A stretch of DNA of 63,995 bases, filler included, from Vannella sp. (taxonomy: Eukaryota): assembly GCA_023345925.1 (NCBI GenBank). It is 6 parts of 6 records of this genome, joined end to end, with 100 filler letters (N's around TTAATTAATTAA, not from the genome) between each part and the next. Parts side by side here need not be neighbours in the genome. Positions count along the whole stretch, not along the records: positions 16,225 to 26,856 come from JAJQQN010001343.1; positions 26,957 to 38,947 come from JAJQQN010000971.1; 4 more parts are not named here. The stretch is one strand, 5' to 3'. The notes under the pieces are model-generated. The model worked only from the letters and a program-made list of their open reading frames with translations, had not been told where the DNA came from and ran no database searches. Position numbers and translations under genes: made by a program. Below, piece after piece: positions 24,315 through 34,961 of the stretch (position 1 is its first letter; each line of letters begins with the position of its first letter).

Positions 24315-25415
24315 ATGCGGGCGGTGGGGTGGTTGGTGGTGCTTCTGGGTGGGCTAATACTCTGTCCTTTTTGGCTGTTTCCAGGAGTAGAGCCTGATGA
24401 GGAGGCTTTTCCAATCAGGGGCTTGTTTGGTCACAATGGGTTGGGAGACTTGTTTCCGGAGGATAGTGCGGCGGTTTTGTGCTTTCTGAAGCACTGTAGG
24501 AAGGATTGGTGTCATTCAGATGATAACCAACTATCTGGAGTTGAGTTTGATGTCCAATTGAGTAGGGATGGAGAGCTTATTCTTCACCATGACGAGAAAC
24601 TTGCTCCTGGAGTCCTTTCAAATGACCAGATGCAGAGCCTGGGGGACTACAAAGCCGATCAAATCGCACAATTTGACATTCGTTCTCATTTTTGCCATCA
24701 CAATGTCTCTCTCTCAGAGCCCTTGAATGAGATACACCGGCATCTTTGTCAAGATGGAGCTCCTTGTGCCTCTCAGCTGTTTATTTCCACTCTAAGACAA
24801 GCAATATTGAGTCTAAGCGACTTGAATATGCCATTGCAACTCGCCATTGAGATCAAGCCAACCATCACGAACTCCTCGATGGCGATAGAGAAGATCAAAG
24901 AGCTCTTTAGAGAGTTCCCAGAGCTGTACAAGTCTGCTTTTGTGATAAGCTTTGTACCCCAGGTACTTGTTGAAATGAAGAGGCAGGAGCCATCCATACG
25001 AACAGGATGGATTATCCTTCCCACCCTATTAGAGAGTATTTGCAAGTCTGGATTGTTGAAAGAGCAGTCCTTATGGGGACAGATAGCGTTGTGTGATCTC
25101 CCTTACGTTACTTCTATGGTGGACTTCTTTCTCTCATATTTGCAGGAGTTCATTGCTCCTCGATTGGGCCTGGATTTCATTTGCCCTCATTTTAGTTCTC
25201 TTCCTGGCGACCCAATTTCAAACGCAGGGATCATTGCTCAGGAAATTCGAAGGTGGAAGTCCATTCTGAGTCCCTCATCGAGGGTGCATTCGGTGTACTT
25301 TTGGGGAGTGTCTCTGGATGACCTCCCAGCACCCTGGAGGAAAGCTTATTTGGAGATTCTTTCAGCAGAAGGTGTCGCATTCACTACAAAGACTTGGCCT
25401 ATTTCAACTGATTGA
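24315..25415 (+). CDS. Glycerophosphodiester phosphodiesterase (GDPD/GDE1-like), intronless
   Basis: N-terminal signal/TM; GVEFDVQLSRDGELILHHD, IEIK and VISFVPQVL motifs. Confidence 0.85.
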   Translation: MRAVGWLVVLLGGLILCPFWLFPGVEPDEEAFPIRGLFGHNGLGDLFPEDSAAVLCFLKHCRKDWCHSDDNQLSGVEFDVQLSRDGELILHHDEKLAPGVLSNDQMQSLGDYKADQIAQFDIRSHFCHHNVSLSEPLNEIHRHLCQDGAPCASQLFISTLRQAILSLSDLNMPLQLAIEIKPTITNSSMAIEKIKELFREFPELYKSAFVISFVPQVLVEMKRQEPSIRTGWIILPTLLESICKSGLLKEQSLWGQIALCDLPYVTSMVDFFLSYLQEFIAPRLGLDFICPHFSSLPGDPISNAGIIAQEIRRWKSILSPSSRVHSVYFWGVSLDDLPAPWRKAYLEILSAEGVAFTTKTWPISTD

Positions 25416-26856
25416 GATGAAACTTAAACTGAAGCACACATCCATTGGATTCATCTAAGTCACCAATCAGTAAGTCAGTTCCAACCAATTTGCGCAAGTA
25501 TATAATCAACATAACTGTTCCAAAGCCGTCTCATTTTCATCTGTTATGTATCAGTAGATGGGGGACTAGACCTGAACCAAGTCCGAGAGAAGTCACGAGT
25601 GGCGAGGGCATTTCCCCTTGTTTGGGTGGGTCCTCAAACATCCAAAATGAAATCACTCCAAAAGCTTATCCTGAAGAGATGGAGGTCATCAGGGCAAGCT
25701 ACGAGGGAATTCGTGGGCCATAGTGAAGGGCTTCCCCTCGTTTTTCAATTTAATAGATGTCCTTTATTTTTCAATACGAATAACCAGGAACCAAGCGATT
25801 CGATTCTGACAACGTCAGAGGAGGCAAAGGTACTTGCAAAATTTTCTAAAGGCAACGGTGGGAAGTTTCGGGACAGCAACCGCTTCTACTTCTTGGATGC
25901 AATGACCGTGTGCCCTTCTGAAAGATACTACAATTATGAAGTATAGCATACTCTGAACCATTTTAGCAAAAATGGCATGGGTTCGCCCTAGTTCTCAAAA
26001 TTTTCTTCTTTGAAAACAAGATTTCTCCTCTCCCATAAAGTTCCCCTGAAACCCTCCCATTTCTTATTATTCAGGAAGAGCTTGAGCCTGATGAGCCTGA
26101 TTGAGAAGAGAGAAAAGAAGAGAAGAGAGGAGAGAGAAAGGCGAGGTATCATTCATTCTGTTGAAAAAGTTAGAAAACACGCTACAGTTCAAGAGGATTG
26201 TACCCACTTATTGTCCTAGGACTACTCAGAAAGCTCTGTAGCGATATAGTCAGAATTTTCAGTCGCATGACAAGGATCTTACCTTTTGTTCATTAGGCGC
26301 CCAGTTTCAACCTATAATTGGAAATCAGATGTGCCTAATCTCAGTTTCAGGGGTTTAAGACTAACCTTTTAGAAGCCTCCATGAGATAGCAGCTCTCGCC
26401 TTTGCTCTCTCATCTCTTCTAAACTTTTCTTTTCAACGCTGATGTGTCGTGTACTGTGGAACATTAAAGTTGGGCACATTTCAAGTACTTACCTATTTTT
26501 TCTAGGGCACCATCAGAGCTACCCCTCCTCCGGTTAGTACAAAACCTAAACCTGAGCAGCTGACTGCGGCTCAGACCCCATCCGGATTAACAAACAGAAT
26601 CAAAAGCATCAAAAGCCAGATTCGACGAAAGGAAAGGTATTTCCGAAAGGAAGCCAATCCAAAGTTCAACAAATCTCAAAGGTTCACCCACAAGCAAAGT
26701 GCACTGACGCGGGATAGATTATTGATCCTAGGGAGCTTGAAAGAGTGTCAAATCGATTTGAAGCAGAAAATCAGTAAGTTACTTCAGGGATTAATGTTGG
26801 AAGAATACGCACGCAAATTGACAGGGTCTCTCTCACTCGCCCGTCTTGCAGTGCGC

Positions 26857-26956
26857 NNNNNNNNNNNNNNNNNNNNNNNNNNNNNNNNNNNNNNNNNNNN
26901 TTAATTAATTAANNNNNNNNNNNNNNNNNNNNNNNNNNNNNNNNNNNNNNNNNNNN
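26857..26956. other. Artificial contig linker
   Basis: N44-TTAATTAATTAA-N44. Confidence 0.98.
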
Positions 26957-27727
26957 GGAATGGGAATGGGAGGGACGAAGGGGCTGATGGATCAGTCACT
27001 TACGACCTAAAAGCATCCCCATTATGGTGAGTTCTTCTCCTTCTCCTCTTCTTCTTCTCTTCTTTTCTTCCTTCTCTTCTTCCTTTCCATCCCCTCAATA
27101 TGAAGCGCACCAAATAAGACAGAATAGCAAGTTGTCATTTGGGAGGCTGGAAAGTGGGAAGCGTCCACTACCATGAAGAAGTCCAAGAAGTGCGAAGAAG
27201 AGGAACATCGGGTCTTACAGTCTAGAAGAATGCCAGTTACTACGCGATTCACTGATGGAGATGAGCGCACCTGATTAACATTGATTTGGGGCAGCGAGAG
27301 CAAGTATTGAACAATCTCAGTTTTGCCATGCTCAGAAGACCAGGTCAGGAAGGTCTGCTTAAAGTCAGGAATTCGTCAAACTCAACAGGGATCAACTATT
27401 GGGCAGAAGAGAAGAAGGGATTCCGAATCTTTAGGAGATGCTTGCGCGACTCCCATTTGACTGATGAACTTATTTTCAAAGACACCGCATCTCTCCCTAG
27501 TCTCCCGACTCCTCTCTTCTGTTTTCCGAACTTACTCTCTAAAAGCATCCCCATTATGGTGAGTTCTTCTCCTTCTCCTCTTTACTTGCTAAGAGCCCCT
27601 TATTCCTGGAACGCACCTCATTGAGCCTCTCTGGGTGAGCTCCCACAAAGGCTTTAACTTTGGCTAGCTGCCCAGAGCGGATGGCTTCCCGGTGCTCCTG
27701 ATCCAGGTGCTTCTTATTCAGGTCCAT
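26957..27727 (-). CDS. Ankyrin-repeat gene, 5' exons only (runs off the contig; could be a pseudogene)
   Basis: Exon 27727-27617 MDLNKKHLDQEHREAIRSGQLAKVKAFVGAHPERLNE and exon 27354-27271 TFLTWSSEHGKTEIVQYLLSLPQINVNQ, each followed by a GTGCG donor. Confidence 0.55.
27007..27582. repeat. Exact 44-bp direct repeat (27007-27050 and 27539-27582)
   Basis: ctaaaagcatccccattatggtgagttcttctccttctcctctt present twice, 532 bp apart. Confidence 0.92.
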
Positions 27728-27794
27728 GTTCGCAGAGAGGGGAACCAACAAAAATGCCAATGAGCGAGCTTTAAAAGGAGGGCATCACACTGTT

Positions 27795-29040
27795 TCATAA
27801 TGAAAGTCTCAGGGCCTTCAAAGGGGGCAAAAGAGAAAACAAATTATTTATTAGCCAGCATGCTTCGTTCACACTGGCGGGGTGGTGTTCGATGATAGCA
27901 TGAGCTTTAAGAAGCTTGTAGCACTGTGTAGCCAGCGGATCTTTGATGAAGTGACATGACGGAGAAGGGATCTTCTTCTGCACTAAGAAATCCAAAGCCA
28001 TCGCAAAGGCTGCTGGTTTGCGATCAGACACGAACAGCTCTTTGTTCATAAAGCAAGTAATAATCATAAGGTGAGCAAACCTCCTCCTCTGACGCAGACA
28101 TCGACCGTGGATCCCTAAACCTGCTCTTCCGAAGGATCTACTCCAAGAGAGCTCTTTCAATGCAACCGCAGACACGCTTGTTCCATCAAAGTCTCTTTAG
28201 CCTCTCCAACAAGCTGTCTTCTTGGTTTTCGGACCATGAAAACTCCAATGTAACGAAAAGCTGGTCCACCTGCAAAGCGATGTCACTTGTATGTCTCGGT
28301 CGCAGTCTTTCACGATTGCGACCTTTACACTGTACCAACGTGATCATGGGGAGCACTTGAACATCCAAACACCTTTTTCATGCTTCTCATGAACCACGCA
28401 TGTTGCGTCTCCCTTCCAAAGAGAACGCCAGAGTGGATTGGACAAGAGTACGAACCACTTATCAGGAAGTAGTCTATCCTGTGAGCTCTGGAGAGGAGAG
28501 GGAGCACATTCTCCAAAGGCTCTCTGTGCTCCAGACCCACCTTCAAGGGAGCCAGGGAAAGGATGCTGACCAAAGCCACCACTAACGTCCTCTGGTCCAC
28601 ACTATTGCATCCCCATTCTCACAAGGAGACAACAATCCTCGAAAGCCAAGGTCAAGTGGAGAGTGTTTGTTGAAGCACGCTGTACTTCCGTTTTCGCAGT
28701 GAAACACCCCACAACAGAGGCCACATCCCGCAACCTAAGCCACCGTCCTTTGCAAGACACGGAGGAAGACATGGAAGAAGGAGACCTCTGCCGGTGCTCC
28801 TCCATCTCCACCAGCTATCATTGAGGAGTAAACGAAAGCGTTCATCTACTTGACATTAACACTCAGATTCACCTTCTCCTGAGGACGCAAAGGAGGGATG
28901 TTCACCTTCACGCCCTTAACTGCACTATCCACTCTCCTGAGGTCCTCCTCATCGCGTATCTCAATGAGGTTCGTGAGGCTGTCGGTTGGGTTGACGAGGA
29001 AGCCTGATCCAACAAAGATCCAGGCCTTCTGCACACTCAA
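27795..29040 (-). CDS. Probable multi-exon hypothetical gene or degraded gene
   Basis: Chain of short minus-strand ORFs with plausible splice sites; no consistent model or family recognised. Confidence 0.3.
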
Positions 29041-29073
29041 GGGGTCATTTCCCGGTGGGGTTGGACGAAGGAC

Positions 29074-30434
29074 ATGTCCTCCATGTTTGTAAACAACGCT
29101 ATTGTCGATTTGGAGGTTAGTGTCGGGGTCTAGGCCATCTACTAGGCTAAAAAGAGTCAATTAGGACTCGGTGGACGTCCCTACTTGGTGCAAAGAGTAC
29201 CGAGGAAGCTGGGAGGAGGCTCCAGAGACCGAAGAGGAGCTTGTCCAGCAAGAGGTAGAGCGAAGAAAGGCTCGTCGAAGGTAGTAACCCTGCCATTGTC
29301 TCTCTTCAATATCTGAGGGGTCTATCACCTCAGCAAAGCTTCAAAGCAGGCGCTTGGCAACATTCGACGAGGGATGAACAGACATCTCATGCTCGTCGTC
29401 GATCTATCGAAGATCCGGGTTGATGCTGTACTTGAGTACCTAGAGGAGTTCATCTTTGCCTTCTTTGATCAGAACCCGATCTCCCAGCTGGGTGTGATCG
29501 TTACCCGCAACGGACATGCCGAAAAGATCTCAGAACTCTCTGGGAACGCCAGTCGCCATGTGGAGAGCCTACGCAATCTCGAAGAAGGCGGCTTACCTTC
29601 ACTTCAGAATGCCTTGCAGATGGCTGGAGCCTCGATGAAGTACAAACTCAATCGATTCCGACACTCCGTGCCTTCTGACACGTCTCCAGGATACTTCCAA
29701 GCCATGGAAGTAAGGAAATCGTGGTAGTGTATACCTCACCTAGCACATGCGACCCCGGAGATATCTTCGAAACGATCGAATTCCTCCAAAAATCAAACAT
29801 CCGGGTTTCAGTGGTCGGTTGGGGAGCCGAAGTTTTCATTCTTCGGGAAGTTGCAAGCAAGACTGAAGGCATCTACCATGTAGCTTCTAATAAGGCTCAC
29901 TTTCAAGAGCTACTGCATGACCATTGCCCTCCTCCGCCCACTCTAAACAAGTTTGCTGGGGCGGCAGTGAGCCTTGTCTCCATGGGATTCCCACAGAAAC
30001 TGCCTGAAACTGCAGTTGGACTATGTTCATGGTAAGTGAGCTCTTCTAATAGCTCTGACAATCACTGAAAGAGTATCTTCAGCCATCAGAAGCTCCAAAA
30101 AGGAGGATATTCTTGCCCCAAGTGCGAGAGCAAATACTGCTCCCTTCCTGCAGACTGTGTAGTTTGTAGCTTATCCTTGGTAGCTTCGCCACATCTGGCA
30201 CGATCCTATCATCACCTCTTTCCACTGGCTACTTTCATCGAGAAGAAGTTATCTGAAGGAACCGGGGTTGAGCAATGTTCCTCTTGCCAGAAGGACATGA
30301 ACGGGCTTCATATCGTCGGAGAGAGAGCCCTTTATATGTGCCCGCGATGCTCGCAACCGTTCTGCTATGACTGCGACCTCTTCCTCCACGAAACCCTCCA
30401 CAATTGTCCTGGATGTGAGATGTTGAACCTCTAA
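29074..30434 (+). CDS. GTF2H2: TFIIH subunit p44/Ssl1, multi-exon
   Basis: RRGMNRHL, FFDQNPISQLG, PSLQNAL, TCDPGDI, SPHLARSYHHLFPL, C-terminal FCYDCDLFLHETLHNCPGC. Confidence 0.95.
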
Positions 30435-30451
30435 ACCACCCACTTGAGAGC

Positions 30452-32046
30452 TCATATCAGATTCGCACTCTCTGCTTCGAGGATTAATCGCTGAAGAGAG
30501 TCGTTCGACCCAGATTGATTGTCATTCAGCGAGTCGCCGGACTTGGAGAAACCAAGTGCTCTTTGAACAATGTTTCCGGACCGGCTGAGCGGAGGTGAAC
30601 ATGGAGTGGGTGATTCTGAGCGCTCATCTCCCAAGAGCTGCTCAAGTAACTCGTTCTTTGCTCGATCCACTTCGAAAGGATCGAGAATGATCAGTTCGTC
30701 AAAGGCGTCCTGCTCCCGGGACTGATAAGTGAATTCGTCATCTTGTGGGAAGATGACTTGGCTTTGTAAGTAGACTTCCTGTCTGGCAATCTCTTGGATG
30801 ATCTCTTCTTCAATGGCTTGCATTCGGTCAGCCTTTGCCAACTCTTTTTGGAAGGGATCCAACTGCTCCAAAGAGTTTTGCTCCTCTTCGATGAGTTGGT
30901 CTAACATCTCATCAAGATTAGTCCAGTCAGACGATCTGAATCGGCCTGCAAGAGATGTATCTGAGGTAAGAATAGCTCCCAGAGCAATGTGGACGGAGGA
31001 TTCGGGGCTGTCACACTTAATGTAAGGCAGAAGGTCACGAAGACGTTGGGACTGCAAGCATTGCTCACGCTGGGAGTCGCTGAATACTTTCATGATGTCT
31101 TCTCCCTTCTTTTTGATGTCCTTGACTGAGCAAAGAGCTCCATGGAAGGGCTGAGCGGGAGTGACATCCAATAAAAGATCAATCAAAGTGTGATTTTTCG
31201 TGCTTTCGGCGAGCTGGAGCATAGATAACCCTGCGTTTGTAATAGCTGTCGTATTGGCGTTGTTTTCTATCAAGCTCCGAACCAGGAATTCGTTATCGCT
31301 CTTCACAGCAAAGTGAAGAGCCGACCATCCCTCCACATTCGTCGCATTTACGTCTGCCAGGTGATTCTCAAGGACTCTGCGACACAGTTTCACATCTCCA
31401 GACTCTGCACCTGCACACAGGAGCCTCCCTCCCTCCTCCATTATCAGGTCGACAATCCCTTTGTGACGCGCGGACTTTGCAATCTCAACCGGCGTCCGGT
31501 TGTACGTGTCAGCCAAGAAGATGTCAGCGTTGCACTCAAGAAGTAGTTGTACCGCGTTTCGACGGCCTCTGAAGGCGCTCAAGTATCTAGGGAGCTTCAG
31601 TTTTGGCATGAAGGTGGAGCAATCAGAACGTACAGCGGAGACCAGCCGTCTACAGTAGTCTGATTGATGTCAGCTTGATGCTCTATTAGTGTTCTAGCGA
31701 TACTACAATCCTCTCCTGCAGCATTGCCCCATCCACAGCTCAGGTAAAGCGGACTTCGCCCTTGTTTGTCGCTGACGTTCACCCAAGCGCCTGCTTTCAC
31801 AAGGCGCTGAGCCACATGATAATGCCCATTAAAAGCAGCCCAAAACAAAGGCGTCCAGTCCTCCTCATCACGCCTAGGCCACGATCAGAACCACCGGAGG
31901 CGAGCCATAGCGTCTTACAAGTTCACATCGAAGCCCTTGTTCCGCCCAAGGATAGCCTCCACCTCCTCCAAGTGCCCTTCCTTCACAGCGCAAGCAAACT
32001 TGCCCCCGTCCCGCTTCGAGCGAGGTTTAAGCTTGAAGACGGACAT
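30452..32046 (-). CDS. Ankyrin-repeat protein with acidic/coiled C-terminus, multi-exon
   Basis: Multiple ankyrin motifs (WTPLFWAAFNGH, GRSPLYLSC, GWSALHFAV). Confidence 0.85.
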
Positions 32047-32125
32047 ACAATGATCGAATAATTGACCGATTATGATGTGATAATCACGGTTCTATTTTGG
32101 GAATGCTCTTTTTGGGTTGGCGGGC

Positions 32126-34100
32126 CTAAATCGAAACAACTTGATTTGTATCAATTGCAAGGATGGCAGCCAACGCAGTGTCGAAGGTGGCCAGAGCATA
32201 ACCCTCCTGTAAGGGGATGGTGGTTAGTCGCTGGCTGCAATGGTGGTGTCGTGGAGAAGGTACCTCGCCTAATGCTGACTCATCCAGGATGAAATGATCC
32301 ATTATCCGGCACTGCGAAAAGATGCAAGGGACTTGGGAAGTTACAACAGCGTAGACAAGGAGAGAGAGAACATCATCAGCGGATCTAACTTTGTTGACTA
32401 ACACGCCCAACCGCTCATTAAAGTTACTTACAAGGTCACTGAGGTTTTCACTTGTTCGTGGTAGAAGCACTCCACTGAGTTGCAAAGAATATTGATGGAT
32501 TGCACCAAATGATGGACCTTGTCGTCAATATTCTTCTGCAGTGGTAACTGTCTGAGATACTCCAATGACGAAGTATACTCTTCGAGTGAGTTCCCACTCT
32601 CCTCTACAAGGACAGAAGCAGTATTGACATGCTAAAAATGAGGGACTTGCATTTCTGGACTCTGCCTTGGACTTACTTGGTTAATGGAGCATAAACGCTG
32701 TGGGACTCCAAGCATGGCGGGCTCATCTTTGAACCTACTAAGTTCTGCAATCTTAAAATCCAAAAGGTCGTCTGTTTCTTGGTACTGTCCGAAAGGTCAG
32801 AGGCTTCAACTCGCTTCAACAGCACCTCCTACATGTGAAAGATAGATTGGTAAAATAGAAGGATATAGCAAGTTCATCACTTGCGTGTGAACGCTCCGGG
32901 TAACTTCCGTCTCCCATTTTTCCAAGTCCAAAGAAAGATATCGTTTCGTTATTCCCTGTACCATCGCCTCTGTCCATTCTGGTCAGGTAAATCAAATAGA
33001 GAGGTTTTCAATATGTACCAATAAACTCTCCTACAACCTTGGAGAGGTCTTTGATAGGGCAGGGGGTCGGAACACACAAGAAAGTGACATTGAAATACTC
33101 CAGAAAGTCTTCCAATGCCTTCCCAAATGGATGTGTTGGATTACTACATCAAGAATGAGTACTTTTGGATCACTCCGTAGTCAAACTGACCCCAGAATGT
33201 TGAAGAGAAACTCCTCTATCGAGGAATAATCAGTGTAGAATGGATCTAGAAGGTCCACAGCCTCACTATCTTCTATCTGACGCATCAGTTAGATACAAAA
33301 TATGATGATGGGGACAATCAGAGCCTCCTCTTACCTGCCAGCGCCCATCCAAGGTGGGGATAGTGTATATCTCAACTCTCCTCTTCAACTTTCGCTGCTC
33401 CTGGATAACAGAGGCGCTGAGCTCTTCATGAAGGGTCTTTGCAGCAGTGAATTCTTCAATAACACTGCGGAGAACTGGCAGCTGCTGCTGGTAGACCGTG
33501 TGCAAGGGAGAAAGACTGGGGTCTTCCTCTCCTTCTTGGGTCCCTTCGCCTTCCTCAGAGTCTTGAGCTCCCAGAAGAGTCTTTTTGCTCTCAAGCTTCT
33601 GTCTAGAGACAAACATCTCCGCTGTCTGGACACAGGAGCGAGAGAGGGCAAACAAAGAGGATACAATTTGATCTGCGTTGTGCCCTGCGCTCCATTGTCA
33701 ACCGTTGGACACCTTGGTGACATCGTTCAACCTACCTTCCCACTCTTCATCGCGTAAGGATGCTTTCAGTTGGCGCACTTGCTGCATCGCATTGTCCACA
33801 GCTTGTTCGTACTCCATGTAGAGGTTCTAGAGCCCGCGTGAGTCTCTCCTTCGTGAGAATAGACCCTCCTACACTTGGGGTATGAAAGAGAGGCACAGAA
33901 GTGTCTGACTTCTTCACTCGGTCGAGACGGAAGGAACCGCGGTCGGTTGGAGTGAATCCGTGGACGAAGTGGAAGTCGTCGGGCTCTTCCTCATCACTAC
34001 CCACTACTGCACTCCACTGTTGCCATCTCTTCGACTGTTGGCGAGTCGCAGCAATGGCATTGAGGACATACTCGCCACCCGACACCTGTTGCGTCTCCAT
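32126..34100 (-). CDS. VPS9-domain Rab5-family GEF, multi-exon
   Basis: SADDVLSLLVYAVV and EGYALATFDTAL VPS9 motifs at the C-terminus. Start inferred (METQQV). Confidence 0.78.
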
Positions 34101-34206
34101 CTTCCCACCAAATGACCTCTCCAAGACCTCACAACCCTCCCTAGCCCTCCTATAACACAGCTACGATAGGTAAATGATACATTCCGGCGTTCCCACGTAC
34201 AGAAGT

Positions 34207-34720
34207 TCACGACATGTAGTCATGGGTGCTACATGAAGGTCAGGAACGTTGAGTGGAGGTGCTGGGAGGGGTCCTACCTGTTTCTCAGCCTCTGTGAGAC
34301 GTACTCTTGGTTGAAAGAGGCAAGAGACTCGCGTTGCTCGTCCAGGTGATGGGCGAGAATCCCGTCATTAGTGTCTGTGAGTTGTGCAAGGCGTTCAGCC
34401 AACGCCTTGGCGACGATAGCGTCCGCGTCCTTGAGGGAGAACTGCCTTTCTTTGGTGGAGAGCTCTTCCGAACTCTTCAATTGAACTTCTGCAAGCTTCG
34501 CGAGAACGTGTTTGTTGATCTTTGAGAGATCTTGCCACCAACAAGGTCAGTATCCCTTCCTGGAGATCAAAAGCAGCTCACCCTTCCCCCCAGTTGGCTT
34601 CACAACCACTGTTTGAGCTCGCTGGGGCTTCCAGTCGTTATCTCTGCGCTTCTTACTATCAGAGTAGTCCTCTTCCTCCTCTTCCTCCCATGCAGAAGTC
34701 TTCCTTTTACCAGTGCTCAT
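34207..34720 (-). CDS. Akirin-like nuclear protein (3 exons, 137 aa)
   Basis: Exons 34720-34582, 34530-34278 and 34228-34207; KKRR NLS; C-terminus FSLKDADAIVAKALAERLAQL..ILAHHLDEQRESLASFNQEYVSQRLRNSTHDYMS*. Confidence 0.75.
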
Positions 34721-34961
34721 CTCTATCGTCCTCCAAACAATGAGCTTTTCCTCCTGCCTGTGAAAATTTATGTTGTCAGGTCAAGATGGCTTCAAACATG
34801 AGTTCAGGTCCCCGTTGGGAAGGCCAATCAAAACATGCCACGTGTCACTATTTCGTTACTCCATCAATAGAAAGCCGAAGGAATTTGACAATAACTTCGA
34901 TTTTGTGTTTGGTTCGTCACAACGAGACTTCTGGAAGGTTCATTCCATTTCTAAGCTCCAG

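Noticed and set aside
26368..26381. tttagaagcctcca shared with about 47363-47376
   Set aside because: The match does not extend on either side, so it cannot support a repeat family.
28458..28481. RIDYFLIS resembling the ExoIII/APE or LINE endonuclease motif
   Set aside because: No other EEP motifs (QE, GDFN, SDH) found in frame and no reverse transcriptase nearby; likely chance.
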